A DNA stretch of 64,000 bases, from positions 15,494 to 79,493 of the forward strand of contig NIVC01001236.1 of the NCBI GenBank assembly GCA_002269645.1. Direction: 5' to 3'. Positions within the stretch are counted from its first letter, which is position 1. Every line of letters starts with the position of its first letter. The notes beneath the pieces are model-generated. The model saw only the letters and a list, made by a program, of their open reading frames with translations, had not been told where the DNA came from and made no database searches. Positions 11,485-24,500 of this stretch are shown here, piece after piece. The position numbers were made by a program, and so were the translations under genes. This stretch comes from Macrostomum lignano (lineage: Eukaryota).

Positions 11485-12580
11485 CTGCAGCGGGGGAGGA
11501 AAGAGGGAATTGAAGAAATGGGATTCGAAGAAAATGAATGATAGAGAGATAGCAAAAGAAACAAGCGATTAGAATCCCTACACCCTCTGCTTCATTCCTC
11601 GTTCCCGTCGCCACTCCGATCCCCAGTTCCCCGGGTCCTTGTCCCCATATGCGCTTGATGTTAATGAAGATTGATCTGGCATTTGTTGCAACAAGAAGAA
11701 AGGCTAAAAGAGAGCGGGGGCGAGGGGGGAATTAGTGGACAAGGACAGGCCTCGGCTCGTATGATTTGTTTAATTAAGCAAGATCCCCTCTCGTCCAGAT
11801 AACTGGGGATAAATGGGGATCGGGGATCGCCAGCCGGCCGCAACTGTTCAGCACTCGGTCGCACTTTGAAGAAGCTATTATAAAAAATGAGAGGCAACAG
11901 AGACGAAGAGGAAGAAATGCGGAAGGCGATCGTGCAATCGGGCCGCCCGGTCCTCAGGAGAGGTAATTAAAAGTGGCGCCCCATGACGCAGCTTAGAGAC
12001 CGGGCCGCGATCCCGAGCGAGGAATTGGGGAAATCTCGGCGGCGGGGGCAACAGTTGTCGGGAAAATCAAAATCGCCCCGATGCTCGCAGCCCCCCCCCC
12101 CCAACAATTCCGCAGCGGCTTGTCACGACGTCAAGAGGAGACGGCATTCCATCGCTGCCTTCTGATATCAAGAACTCCCCGCGGCATTTCCCCCATCGCT
12201 GGACATTGCAATCTCTCTCTTGTCTTCCATTTTTCCAACATTTCCTCCAAAGTCTTTTTCCCGCCCCTCCTGTTGCCAATTAAACCCGGGGGAATCCTTT
12301 CCCCTATAGCACAGGCAATTACATAAAGCGGACAAGACTACATGGCAACGGGAGCAAAACTGGGAGCAGCGACTACATGGAGCGGACAAAATTACATGGT
12401 GATAAAAATTGAAAATTTAATATTCAATCGAAAGATCACGGCTAGAAAAAAATTATAAAATATTTTTTAAGAAAGATGATCTAAAATTAATCTAATAAAT
12501 GAACTTTTTGCATTGTTTGTAGTACTACTTTTTATAGAACAGGCCTACTAACTTTCTTAGTAGTGAAGACGTACAGAATC

Positions 12581-12708
12581 GGACAGAATTACCTTGACTT
12601 TGCTCCCAATTAGGACAGAATTACCTTGACTTTGCTCCCAACTAGGACAGAATTACCTTGATTTTGCTCCCAACTAGGACAGAATTACCTTGATTTTGCT
12701 CCCAACTA
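12581..12708. repeat. 32-bp tandem repeat (4 copies), related to the 48-bp array
   Basis: GGACAGAATTACCTTGA(C/T)TTTGCTCCCAACTA units. Confidence 0.9.
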
Positions 12709-12729
12709 CATAGATAGACTGTAGAAAAT

Positions 12730-13390
12730 TAACCCGCAGTGAGCCGCACTAATCCAACGGTGACCATCACTGACCTAATCCAAGTATCGATCAGTGACCC
12801 GCTTAATGGCAAGTGTTCTTCACTGACCCGAACTGATCCAAGTGGCCTTCAGTGACAGGCATTAATCCAAGTGGCCTTCAGTGACAGGCATTAATCCAAG
12901 TGGCCTTCAGTGACAGGCATTAATCCAAGTGGCCTTCAGTGACCCGCACTAATCCAAGTGACCATCAGTGACCCGCACTAATCCAAGTGACCATCAGTGA
13001 CTAGCACTAATCCAAGTGACCATCAGTGACCCGCACTAATCTAACAGTGACAATCACTGACCCGCACTAATCCAAGTGACCATCAATGACCGGCACTAAT
13101 CCAACTGACCATCAGTGACCCGCACTAATCCAAGTGACCATCAGTGACCCGCACTAATCCAAGTGAACTTTAGTGACCCGCACTAATCCAAGTGACCATC
13201 AGTGACCCGCACTAATCCTACAGTGACAATCTCTGACCCGCACTAATCCAAGTGGCCTTCAGTGACCCAACTAATCCAAGTGACCATCAGTGACCCGCAC
13301 TAATCCAAGTGACCATCAGTGACCCGCACTAATCCAAGTGACCATCAGTGACCTGCATTAATCCAAGTGAACTTTAGTGAATCGCACTAA
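12730..13390. repeat. 29-bp minisatellite TAATCCAAGTGACCATCAGTGACCCGCAC, array 1
   Basis: ~22 moderately diverged copies. Confidence 0.93.
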
Positions 13391-13409
13391 TCTACGGGAC
13401 TCAGTTACT

Positions 13410-15218
13410 GGACACAATTACCTGATATCTGCTCCCCACTACACAGATCTGGAGGCCGGACAGAATTACCTGAAATTTGCTCCCCACTACACAAATTTGG
13501 AGGCCGGACGGAATTACCTGAAATTTGCTCCCCACTACACAAATTTGGAGGCCGGACGGAATTACCTGAAATTTGCTCCCCACTACACAAATTTGGAGGC
13601 CGGACGGAATTACCTGAAATTTGCTCCCCACTACACAAATTTGGAGGCCGGACGGAATTACCTGAAATTTGCTCCCCACTACACAAATCTGGAGGCCGGA
13701 CAGAATTACCTGAAATTTGCTCCCCACTACACAGATCTGGAGGCCGGACAGAATTACCTGAGATTTGCTCCCCACTACACAAATCTGGAGGCCGGACAGA
13801 ATTACCTGAAATTTGCTCCCCACTACACAAATCTGGAGGCCGGACAGAATTACCTGATATCTGCTCCCCACTACACAGATCTGGAGGCCGGACAGAATTA
13901 CCTGAAATTTGCTCCCCACTACACAAATCTGGAGGCCGGACAGAATTACCTGAAATCTGCTCCCCACTACACAGATCTGGAGGCCGGACAGAATTACCTG
14001 AAATTTGCTCCCCACTACACAGATCTGGAGGCCGGACAGAATTACCTGAAATTTGCTCCCCACTACACAAATCTGGAGGCCGGACGGAATTACCTGAAAT
14101 TTGCTCCCCACTACACAGATCTGGAGGCCGGACAGAATTACCTGAAATTTGCTCCCCACTACACAAATCTGGAGGCCGGACAGAATTACCTGAAATTTGC
14201 TCCCCACTACACAGATCTGGAGGCCGGACAGAATTACCTGAAATTTGCTCCCCACTACACAGATCTGGAGGCCGGACAGAATTACCTGAAATTTGCTCCC
14301 CACTACACAGATCTGGAGGCCGGACAGAATTACCTGAAATTTGCTCCCCACTACACAGATCTGGAGGCCGGACAGAATTACCTGAAATTTGCTCCCCACT
14401 ACACAAATCTGGAGGCCGGACAGAATTACCTGAAATTTGCTCCCCACTACACAGATCTGGAGGCCGGACAGAATTACCTGAAATTTGCTCCCCACTACAC
14501 AAATCTGGAGGCCGGACAGAATTACCTGAAATTTGCTCCCCACTACACAAATCTGGAGGCCGGACAGAATTACCTGAAATTTGCTCCCCACTACACAGAT
14601 CTGGAGGCCGGACAGAATTACCTGAAATTTGCTCCCCACTACACAAATCTGGAGGCCGGACAGAATTACCTGAAATTTGCTCCCCACTACACAGATCTGG
14701 AGGCCGGACAGAATTACCTGATATCTGCTCCCCACTACACAGATCTGGAGGCCGGACAGAATTACCTGAGATTTGCTCCCCACTACACAAATCTGGAGGC
14801 CGGACAGAATTACCTGAAATTTGCTCCCCACTACACAGATCTGGAGGCCGGACAGAATTACCTGAAATTTGCTCCCCACTACACAGATCTGGAGGCCGGA
14901 CAGAATTACCTGAAATTTGCTCCCCACTACACAGATCTGGAGGCCGGACAGAATTACCTGAAATTTGCTCCCCACTACACAGATCTGGAGGCCGGACAGA
15001 ATTACCTGAAATTTGCTCCCCACTACACAAATCTGGAGGCCGGACAGAATTACCTGAGATTTGCTCCCCACTACACAAATCTGGAGGCCGGACAGAATTA
15101 CCTGAAATTTGCTCCCCACTACACAGATCTGGAGGCCGGACAGAATTACCTGAAATTTGCTCCCCACTACACAGATCTGGAGGCCGGACAGAATTACCTG
15201 AGATTTGCTCCCCACTAC
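13410..15218. repeat. 48-bp minisatellite (~38 copies)
   Basis: GGAGGCCGGACAGAATTACCTGAAATTTGCTCCCCACTACACA(G/A)ATCT. It explains the 16-aa periodic ORFs on both strands. Confidence 0.97.
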
Positions 15219-15244
15219 AGAAATAGACTATAGAAAAGTATTCC

Positions 15245-15410
15245 ATGTGACCTTCAGTGACCCGCACTAATCCTAGTGACCATCAGTGACTATCACTAAT
15301 CCAAGCGACCATCAGTGACCCGCACTAATCTTAGTGACCATCAGTGAGCCGCACTAATCCAAGTGACCATTACTGACCCGCATTAATCCAAGTAGCCTTT
15401 AGTGACCCGC
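15245..15410. repeat. 29-bp minisatellite, array 2
   Basis: Same unit as 12730-13390, ~6 copies. Confidence 0.9.
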
Positions 15411-15546
15411 CATTCCTTCCCCGATACAGAGTTACATGAAGTACCGTTTTCTAGGTATCCAAACCATAAAGTTTGTTTTAAGCATTACGAGTAGAACTTT
15501 TGTATACGAATTAATACGATTAAGAATTATAGATGCCTAGCTAGGC

Positions 15547-18500
15547 CAGGCTGTCCTCACTGGCCTCTGTATATCTTAGCAGCCTTGGCTGTCCTATACT
15601 TAGAACAAAGAGCCAGGCCCAACTCAGCATTTTCACTCAAACACACAGAGCTCTTGGAGTCGCTATAATCTTCATCTAACTGACTCACCGGCCTCTGTAA
15701 ATCTCGGCAGCTTAGACCTCCTATACTTAGAACGGAGTAGGCTCTAAGTCTGTTTTTTCACTCAAACATAAAGGGAAAGTCTTGGGGCCGCTAAAACCTC
15801 TTCATCTAAGAGATTCACCCGCCTCAGTCAGTCAGTCAGTCAGTCAGTCAGTCAGAAAGAAGCGGAGAGAAGCTGGGATTATCAGAAAGAAGCGGAGAGA
15901 AGCTGGGATTATCAGAGGGAAGCGGAGAGAAGCTGGGATTATCAGAGGGAAGCGGAGAGAAGCTGGGATTATCAGAGAGAAGCGGAAAGAAGCTGGAATT
16001 ATCAGAAAGAAGCGGAGAGAAACTGGGATTATCAGAGGGAAGCGGAGAGAAGCTGGGATTATCAGAGGGAAGCGAAGAGAAGCTGGGATTATCAGAAAGA
16101 GGCGGAGAGAAGCTGCGATTATCAGAGGGAAGCGGAGAGAAGCTGGGATTATCAGAGGGAAGCGGAAAGAAGCTGAGATTATCAGAGAGAAGCGGAGAGA
16201 AGCTGGGATTTTCAGAGAGAAGCGGAGAGAAGCTGGGATATCAGAGGGAAGCGAAGAGAAGCTGGGATTATTAGAAAGAGGCGGAGAGAAGCTGGGATTA
16301 TCAGAGGGAAGCGGAGAGAAGCTGGGATTATCAGAGGGAAGCGGAGAGAAGCTGGGATATCAGAGGGAAGCGGAGAGAAGCTGGGATATCAGAGGGAAGC
16401 GAAGAGAAGCTGGGATTATCAGAGGGAAGCGGAGAGAAGCTGGGATTATCAGAGGGAAGCGGAGAGAAGCTGGGATTATCAGAGGGAAGCGGAGGGAAGC
16501 TGGGATTATCAGAGAGAAGCGGAGAGAAGCTGGGAAGCTGAGAAATCGATGCATACAAAATACGTTAGAAGGCAAAGGTGCGAAAGAACGAGAGGGGCGC
16601 AAGGCCGTAGCCAGCGTATTTTTATCAACACAGAATGAATGCAATTCTACACTAGCAAAGATAAAAGGTTTGGTTTGGTTTCAGCTAGGCGATGAAAAGT
16701 GTGAAAAGTTGCTTGAGCCGTGTGTATCTGCGAGTGAGGAGAAATCGATAATAAAATGAATATAGTTTTGTGGGAAAAGACAACAATTCACAGCGCAAGC
16801 TAGCTTTACCTCGCGACATGGAGTCCAGCATGGAATAACTCTGCATATTCGCTCAAACATAAAGGGAAAGTCTTGGGCCGCTATAACTCCTTCATCGAAC
16901 TGATTCAGCCGCCTCTGTAAATCTCGGCAGCTTGGACCTCCTATACTTAGAACAGACTAGGCTCTAAGTCTGCTTTTTCACTCAAACATAAAGGGAAAGT
17001 CTTGGGGCCGCTAAAACCAAGAGACTCACCCGCCTCGGCTTATCCCAGCAGCTAAGACTATCGATATATATATTTACGACAAAGAGTCTGGCATGGAATA
17101 ACTCTGCATATTCACTCAAGCACACAGGGATGGTCTTGGAGCCGGTATATTATCTTCACCTAAGAGACTCACCCGCCTCAGTCAGTCAGTCAGCCCCTAA
17201 CACGGGCTCAGCTCTCAGCTCACCCAGAATTTCAAATGCACTGCATGGCAACTCGAATCGCTCGAGTCGCTCCAGCATTCACAGCCACCTGGGCTGGCCG
17301 AGAGGTGACCGCAAACTGCGGTTTGGAAACCTCTTGGCAACGAAGACCTCTCTCCAGCTGCAGCCATGCTGTCTGTGGTCGGCCTCTCAGCTCCACAACC
17401 CTAGCCTTTGAGACAAACCATATGTCGAGCTTTCGAATCGGTTCGAAAACCCCACAGCTGGTTTGCGCAACCGCAACAAACACACCTGGGGCATCTCAAC
17501 TCGACTGATTCTAAAAATAGCACATACTCTGGTCTACAAACCGGGCAATGAAGACACGTCCTTGAGCCGCATGCAGAGACAGGAGCATCTACAGACTACA
17601 GGACCATTAGGCTTTGGCCATTTCTTCTAGAAGGTCCGCTTTTTGAGTTTGAAACCTCAATGCGACAATCAATGCCAGTGAGCAAAAATCGATGCAGAAG
17701 AGATTCATCAGAAAGACTGGTGGAGACGGGCGTAGAGAAGCTAGGATCAGCGAAGACAAGCTGGAATATCAGAGGGAAGCGGAGAGAAGCTGGGATTATC
17801 AGAGAGAAGCGGAGAGAAGCTGGGATTATCAGAAAGAGGCGGAGAGAAGCTGGGAATATCAGAGGGAAGCGGAGAGAAGCTGGGATTATCAGAGAGAAGC
17901 GGAGAGAAGCTGGGATATCAGAGGGAAGCGAAGAGAAGCTGGGATTATCAGAGGGAAGCGGAAAGAAGCTGGGATATCAGAGGGAAGCGGAGAGAAGCTG
18001 GGATTATTAGAAAGAGGCGGAGAGAAGCTGGGATTATTAGAAAGAGGCGGAGAGAAGCTGGGATTATCAGAAAGAGGCGGAGAGAAGCTGGGATTATTAG
18101 AAAGAGGCGGAAAGAATCTGGGATTATTAGAAAGAGGCGGAGAGAAGCTGGGATTATCAGAAAGAGGCGGAGAGAAGCTGGGATTATTAGAAAGAGGCGG
18201 AAAGAATCTGGGATTATTAGAAAGAGGCGGAGAGAAGCTGGGATTATCAGAAAGAGGCGGAGAGAAGCTGGGATTATTAGAAAGCAGCGGAAGGAAGCTG
18301 GGATTATCAGAGAGAAGCGAAAAGAAGCTGGGATTATCAGAAAGAGGCGGAGAGAAGCTGGGATTATCAGAGGGAAGCGGAGAGAAGCTGGGATTATCAG
18401 AGAGAAGCGGAAAGAAGCTGGGATTCTTAGAAAGAGGCGGAGAGAAGCTGGGATTATTAGAAAGAGGCGGAGAGAAGCTGGGATTATCAGAAAGAGGCGG

Positions 18501-21500
18501 AGAGAAGCTGGGATTATTAGAAAGAGGCGGAAAGAATCTGGGATTATTAGAAAGAGGCGGAGAGAAGCTGGGATTATCAGAAAGAGGCGGAGAGAAGCTG
18601 GGATTATTAGAAAGAGGCGGAAAGAAGCTGGGATTATCAGAGGGAAGCGGAGGGAAGCTGGGATTATCAGAGAGAAGCGGGGAGAAGCTGGGAAGCTGAG
18701 AAATCGATGCATACAAAATACGTTAGAAGGCAAAGGTGCGAAAGAACGAGAGGGGCGCAAGGCCGTAGCCAGCGTATTTTTATCAACACAGAATGGATGC
18801 AATTCTACACTAGCAAAGATAAAAGGTTTGGTTTGGTTTCAGCTAGGCGATGAAAAGTGTGAAAAGTTGCTTGAGCCGTGTGCATCTGCGATTGAGGAGA
18901 AATCGATAATAAAATGAATATAGTTTTGTGGGAAAAGACAACAATTCACAGCGCAAGCTAGCTTTACCTCGCGACATGGAGTCCAGCATGGAATAACTCT
19001 GCATATTCGCTCAAACATAAAGGGAAAGTCTTGGGGCCGCTATAACTCCTTCATCGAACTGATTCAGCCGCCTCTGTATATCTTAGCAGCCTTGGCTGTC
19101 CTATACTTAGAACAAAGAGCCAGACCCAACTCAGCATTTTCACTCAAACACACAGAGCTCTTGGAATCGCTATAATCTTCATCTAACTGACTCACTGGCC
19201 TCTGTATATCTTAGCAGCCTTGGCTGTCCTATACTTAGAACAAAGAGCCAGGCCTAGCTCTGCAATATCACTCAAACACACAGAGCTCTTGGAATCGCTA
19301 TAATCTTCATCTAACTGACTCACCGGCCTCTGTAAATCTCGGCAGCTTAGACCTCCTATACTTAGAACGGAGTAGGCTCTAAGTCTGTTTTTTCACTCAA
19401 ACATAAAGGGAAAGTCTTGGGGCCGCTAAAACCTCTTCATCTAAGAGATTCACCCGCCTCAGTCAGTCAGTCAGTCAGTCAGTCAAAAAGAAGCGGAGAG
19501 AAGCTGGGATATCAAAAAGAAGCGGAGAGAAGCTGGGATATCAAAAAGAAGCGGAGAGAAGCTGGGATTATCAGAGGGAAGCGGAGAAAAGCTGGGATTA
19601 TCAGAAAGAAGCGGAAAGAAGCTGGGATTATCAGAGAGAAGCGGAAAGAAGCTGGGATTATCAGAGAGAAGCGGAAAGAAGCTGGGATTATCAGAGAGAA
19701 GCGGAGAGAAGCTGGGATTATCAGAAAGAAGCGGAAAGAAGCTGGGATTATCAGAGAGAAGCGGAGAGAAACTGGGATTATCAGAAAGCAGCGGAAGGAA
19801 GCTGGGATTATCAGAAAGAGGCGGAGAGAAGCTGGGATTATCAGAGGGAAGCGGAGAGAAGCTGGGATTATCAGAGAGAAGCGGAAAGAAGCTGGGATTA
19901 TTAGAAAGAGGCGGAGAAAAGCTGGGATTATTAGAAAGAGGCGGAGAGAAGCTGGGATTATTAGAAAGAGGCGGAAAGAAGCTGGGATTATCAGAGGGAA
20001 GCGGAGGGAAGCTGGGATTATCAGAGAGAAGCGGGGAGAAGCTGGGAAGCTGAGAAATCGATGCATACAAAATACGTTAGAAGGCAAAGGTGCGAAAGAA
20101 CGAGAGGGGCGCAAGGCCGTAGCCAGCGTATTTTTATCAACACAGAATGGATGCAATTCTACACTAGCAAAGATAAAAGGTTTGGTTTGGTTTCAGCTAG
20201 GCGATGAAAAGTGTGAAAAGTTGCTTGAGCCGTGTGCATCTGCGATTGAGGAGAAATCGATAATAAAATGAATATAGTTTTGTGGGAAAAGACAACAATT
20301 CACAGCGCAAGCTAGCTTTACCTCGCGACATGGAGTCCAGCATGGAATAACTCTGCATATTCGCTCAAACATAAAGGGAAAGTCTTGGGGCCGCTATAAC
20401 TCCTTCATCGAACTGATTCAGCCGCCTCTGTATATCTTAGCAGCCTTGGCTGTCCTATACTTAGAACAAAGAGCCAGACCCAACTCAGCATTTTCACTCA
20501 AACACACAGAGCTCTTGGAATCGCTATAATCTTCATCTAACTGACTCACTGGCCTCTGTATATCTTAGCAGCCTTGGCTGTCCTATACTTAGAACAAAGA
20601 GCCAGGCCTAGCTCTGCAATATCACTCAAACACACAGAGCTCTTGGAATCGCTATAATCTTCATCTAACTGACTCACCGGCCTCTGTAAATCTCGGCAGC
20701 TTAGACCTCCTATACTTAGAACGGAGTAGGCTCTAAGTCTGTTTTTTCACTCAAACATAAAGGGAAAGTCTTGGGGCCGCTAAAACCTCTTCATCTAAGA
20801 GATTCACCCGCCTCAGTCAGTCAGTCAGTCAGTCAGTCAAAAAGAAGCGGAGAGAAGCTGGGATATCAAAAAGAAGCGGAGAGAAGCTGGGATATCAAAA
20901 AGAAGCGGAGAGAAGCTGGGATTATCAGAGGGAAGCGGAGAAAAGCTGGGATTATCAGAAAGAAGCGGAAAGAAGCTGGGATTATCAGAGAGAAGCGGAA
21001 AGAAGCTGGGATTATCAGAGAGAAGCGGAAAGAAGCTGGGATTATCAGAGAGAAGCGGAGAGAAGCTGGGATTATCAGAAAGAAGCGGAAAGAAGCTGGG
21101 ATTATCAGAGAGAAGCGGAGAGAAACTGGGATTATCAGAAAGCAGCGGAAGGAAGCTGGGATTATCAGAAAGAGGCGGAGAGAAGCTGGGATTATCAGAG
21201 GGAAGCGGAGAGAAGCTGGGATTATCAGAGAGAAGCGGAAAGAAGCTGGGATTATCAGAAAGAGGCGGAGAGAAGCTGGGATTATTAGAAAGAGGCGGAA
21301 AGAAGCTGGGATTATTAGAAAGAGGCGGAGAGAAGCTGAGATTATCAGAAAGAGGCGGAGAGAAGCTGGGATTATCAGAAAGAGGCGGAGAGAAGCTGGA
21401 TTATTAGTAAGAGGCGGAGAGATGCTGGATTATCAGAAAGAGGCGGAGAGAAGCTGGGATTATTAGAAAGAGGCGGAAAGAAGCTGGGATTATCAGAGAG

Positions 21501-24500
21501 AAGCGGAGAGAAGCTGGGAAGCTGAGAAATCGATGCATACAAAATACGTTAGAAGGCAAAGGTGCGAAAGAACGAGAGGGGCGCAAGGCCGTAGCCAGCG
21601 TATTTTTATCAACACAGAATGGATGCAATTCTACACTAGCAAAGATAAAAGGTTTGGTTTGGTTTCAGCTAGGCGATGAAAAGTGTGAAAAGTTGCTTGA
21701 ACCGTGTGTATCTGCGAGTGAGGAGAAATCGATAATAAAATGAATATAGTTTTGTGGGAAAAGACAACAATTCACAGCGCAAGCTAGCTTTACCTCGCGA
21801 CATGGAGTCCAGCATGGAATAACTCTGCATATTCGCTCAAGCATAAAGGGAAAGTCTTGGGGCCGCTATAACTCCTTCATCGAACTGATTCAGCCGCCTC
21901 TGTAAATCTCGGCAGCTTGGACCTCCTATACTTAGAACAGACTAGGCTCTAAGTCTGCTTTTTCACTCAAACATAAAGGGAAAGTCTTGGGGCCGCTAAA
22001 ACCAAGAGACTCACCCGCCTCGGCTTATCCCAGCAGCTAAGACTATCGATATATATATTTACGACAAAGAGTCTGGCATGGAATAACTCTGCATATTCAC
22101 TCAAGCACACAGGGATGGTCTTGGAGCCGGTATATTATCTTCACCTAAGAGACTCACCCGCCTCAGTCAGTCAGTCAGCCCCTAACACGGGCTCAGCTCT
22201 CAGCTCACCCAGAATTTCAAATGCACTGCATGGCAACTCGAATCGCTCGAGTCGCTCCAGCATTCACAGCCACCTGGGCTGGCCGAGAGGTGACCGCAAA
22301 CTGCGGTTTGGAAACCTCTTGGCAACGAAGACCTCTCTCCAGCTGCAGCCATGCTGTCTGTGGTCGGCCTCTCAGCTCCACAACCCTAGCCTTTGAGACA
22401 AACCATATGTCGAGCTTTCGAATCGGTTCGAAAACCCCACAGCTGGTTTGCGCAACCGCAACAAACACACCTGGGGCATCTCAACTCGACTGATTCTAAA
22501 AATAGCACATACTCTGGTCTACAAACCGGGCAATGAAGACACGTCCTTGAGCCGCATGCAGAGACAGGAGCATCTACAGACTACAGGACCATTAGGCTTT
22601 GGCCATTTCTTCTAGAAGGTCCGCTTTTTGAGTTTGAAACCTCAATGCGACAATCAATGCCAGTGAGCAAAAATCGATGCAGAAGAGATTCATCAGAAAG
22701 ACTGGTGGAGACGGGCGTAGAGAAGCTAGGATCAGCGAAGACAAGCTGGAATATCAGAGGGAAGCGGAGAGAAGCTGGGATTATCAGAGAGAAGCGGAGA
22801 GAAGCTGGGATTATCAGAAAGAGGCGGAGAGAAGCTGGGAATATCAGAGGGAAGCGGAGAGAAGCTGGGATTATCAGAGAGAAGCGGAGAGAAGCTGGGA
22901 TATCAGAGGGAAGCGAAGAGAAGCTGGGATTATCAGAGGGAAGCGGAAAGAAGCTGGGATATCAGAGGGAAGCGGAGAGAAGCTGGGATTATTAGAAAGA
23001 GGCGGAGAGAAGCTGGGATTATTAGAAAGAGGCGGAGAGAAGCTGGGATTATCAGAAAGAGGCGGAGAGAAGCTGGGATTATTAGAAAGAGGCGGAAAGA
23101 ATCTGGGATTATTAGAAAGAGGCGGAGAGAAGCTGGGATTATCAGAAAGAGGCGGAGAGAAGCTGGGATTATTAGAAAGAGGCGGAAAGAATCTGGGATT
23201 ATTAGAAAGAGGCGGAGAGAAGCTGGGATTATCAGAAAGAGGCGGAGAGAAGCTGGGATTATTAGAAAGCAGCGGAAGGAAGCTGGGATTATCAGAGAGA
23301 AGCGAAAAGAAGCTGGGATTATCAGAAAGAGGCGGAGAGAAGCTGGGATTATCAGAGGGAAGCGGAGAGAAGCTGGGATTATCAGAGAGAAGCGGAAAGA
23401 AGCTGGGATTCTTAGAAAGAGGCGGAGAGAAGCTGGGATTATTAGAAAGAGGCGGAGAGAAGCTGGGATTATCAGAAAGAGGCGGAGAGAAGCTGGGATT
23501 ATTAGAAAGAGGCGGAAAGAATCTGGGATTATTAGAAAGAGGCGGAGAGAAGCTGGGATTATCAGAAAGAGGCGGAGAGAAGCTGGGATTATTAGAAAGA
23601 GGCGGAAAGAAGCTGGGATTATCAGAGGGAAGCGGAGGGAAGCTGGGATTATCAGAGAGAAGCGGGGAGAAGCTGGGAAGCTGAGAAATCGATGCATACA
23701 AAATACGTTAGAAGGCAAAGGTGCGAAAGAACGAGAGGGGCGCAAGGCCGTAGCCAGCGTATTTTTATCAACACAGAATGGATGCAATTCTACACTAGCA
23801 AAGATAAAAGGTTTGGTTTGGTTTCAGCTAGGCGATGAAAAGTGTGAAAAGTTGCTTGAGCCGTGTGCATCTGCGATTGAGGAGAAATCGATAATAAAAT
23901 GAATATAGTTTTGTGGGAAAAGACAACAATTCACAGCGCAAGCTAGCTTTACCTCGCGACATGGAGTCCAGCATGGAATAACTCTGCATATTCGCTCAAA
24001 CATAAAGGGAAAGTCTTGGGGCCGCTATAACTCCTTCATCGAACTGATTCAGCCGCCTCTGTATATCTTAGCAGCCTTGGCTGTCCTATACTTAGAACAA
24101 AGAGCCAGACCCAACTCAGCATTTTCACTCAAACACACAGAGCTCTTGGAATCGCTATAATCTTCATCTAACTGACTCACTGGCCTCTGTATATCTTAGC
24201 AGCCTTGGCTGTCCTATACTTAGAACAAAGAGCCAGGCCTAGCTCTGCAATATCACTCAAACACACAGAGCTCTTGGAATCGCTATAATCTTCATCTAAC
24301 TGACTCACCGGCCTCTGTAAATCTCGGCAGCTTAGACCTCCTATACTTAGAACGGAGTAGGCTCTAAGTCTGTTTTTTCACTCAAACATAAAGGGAAAGT
24401 CTTGGGGCCGCTAAAACCTCTTCATCTAAGAGATTCACCCGCCTCAGTCAGTCAGTCAGTCAGTCAGTCAAAAAGAAGCGGAGAGAAGCTGGGATATCAA

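Noticed and set aside
12581-15218. CRISPR-like array
   Set aside because: No unique spacers; units are contiguous minisatellites in a eukaryotic intron.
13377-15267. 600-aa ORFs on both strands
   Set aside because: Products of the 48-bp tandem repeat, open in three frames on both strands, with no splice context.
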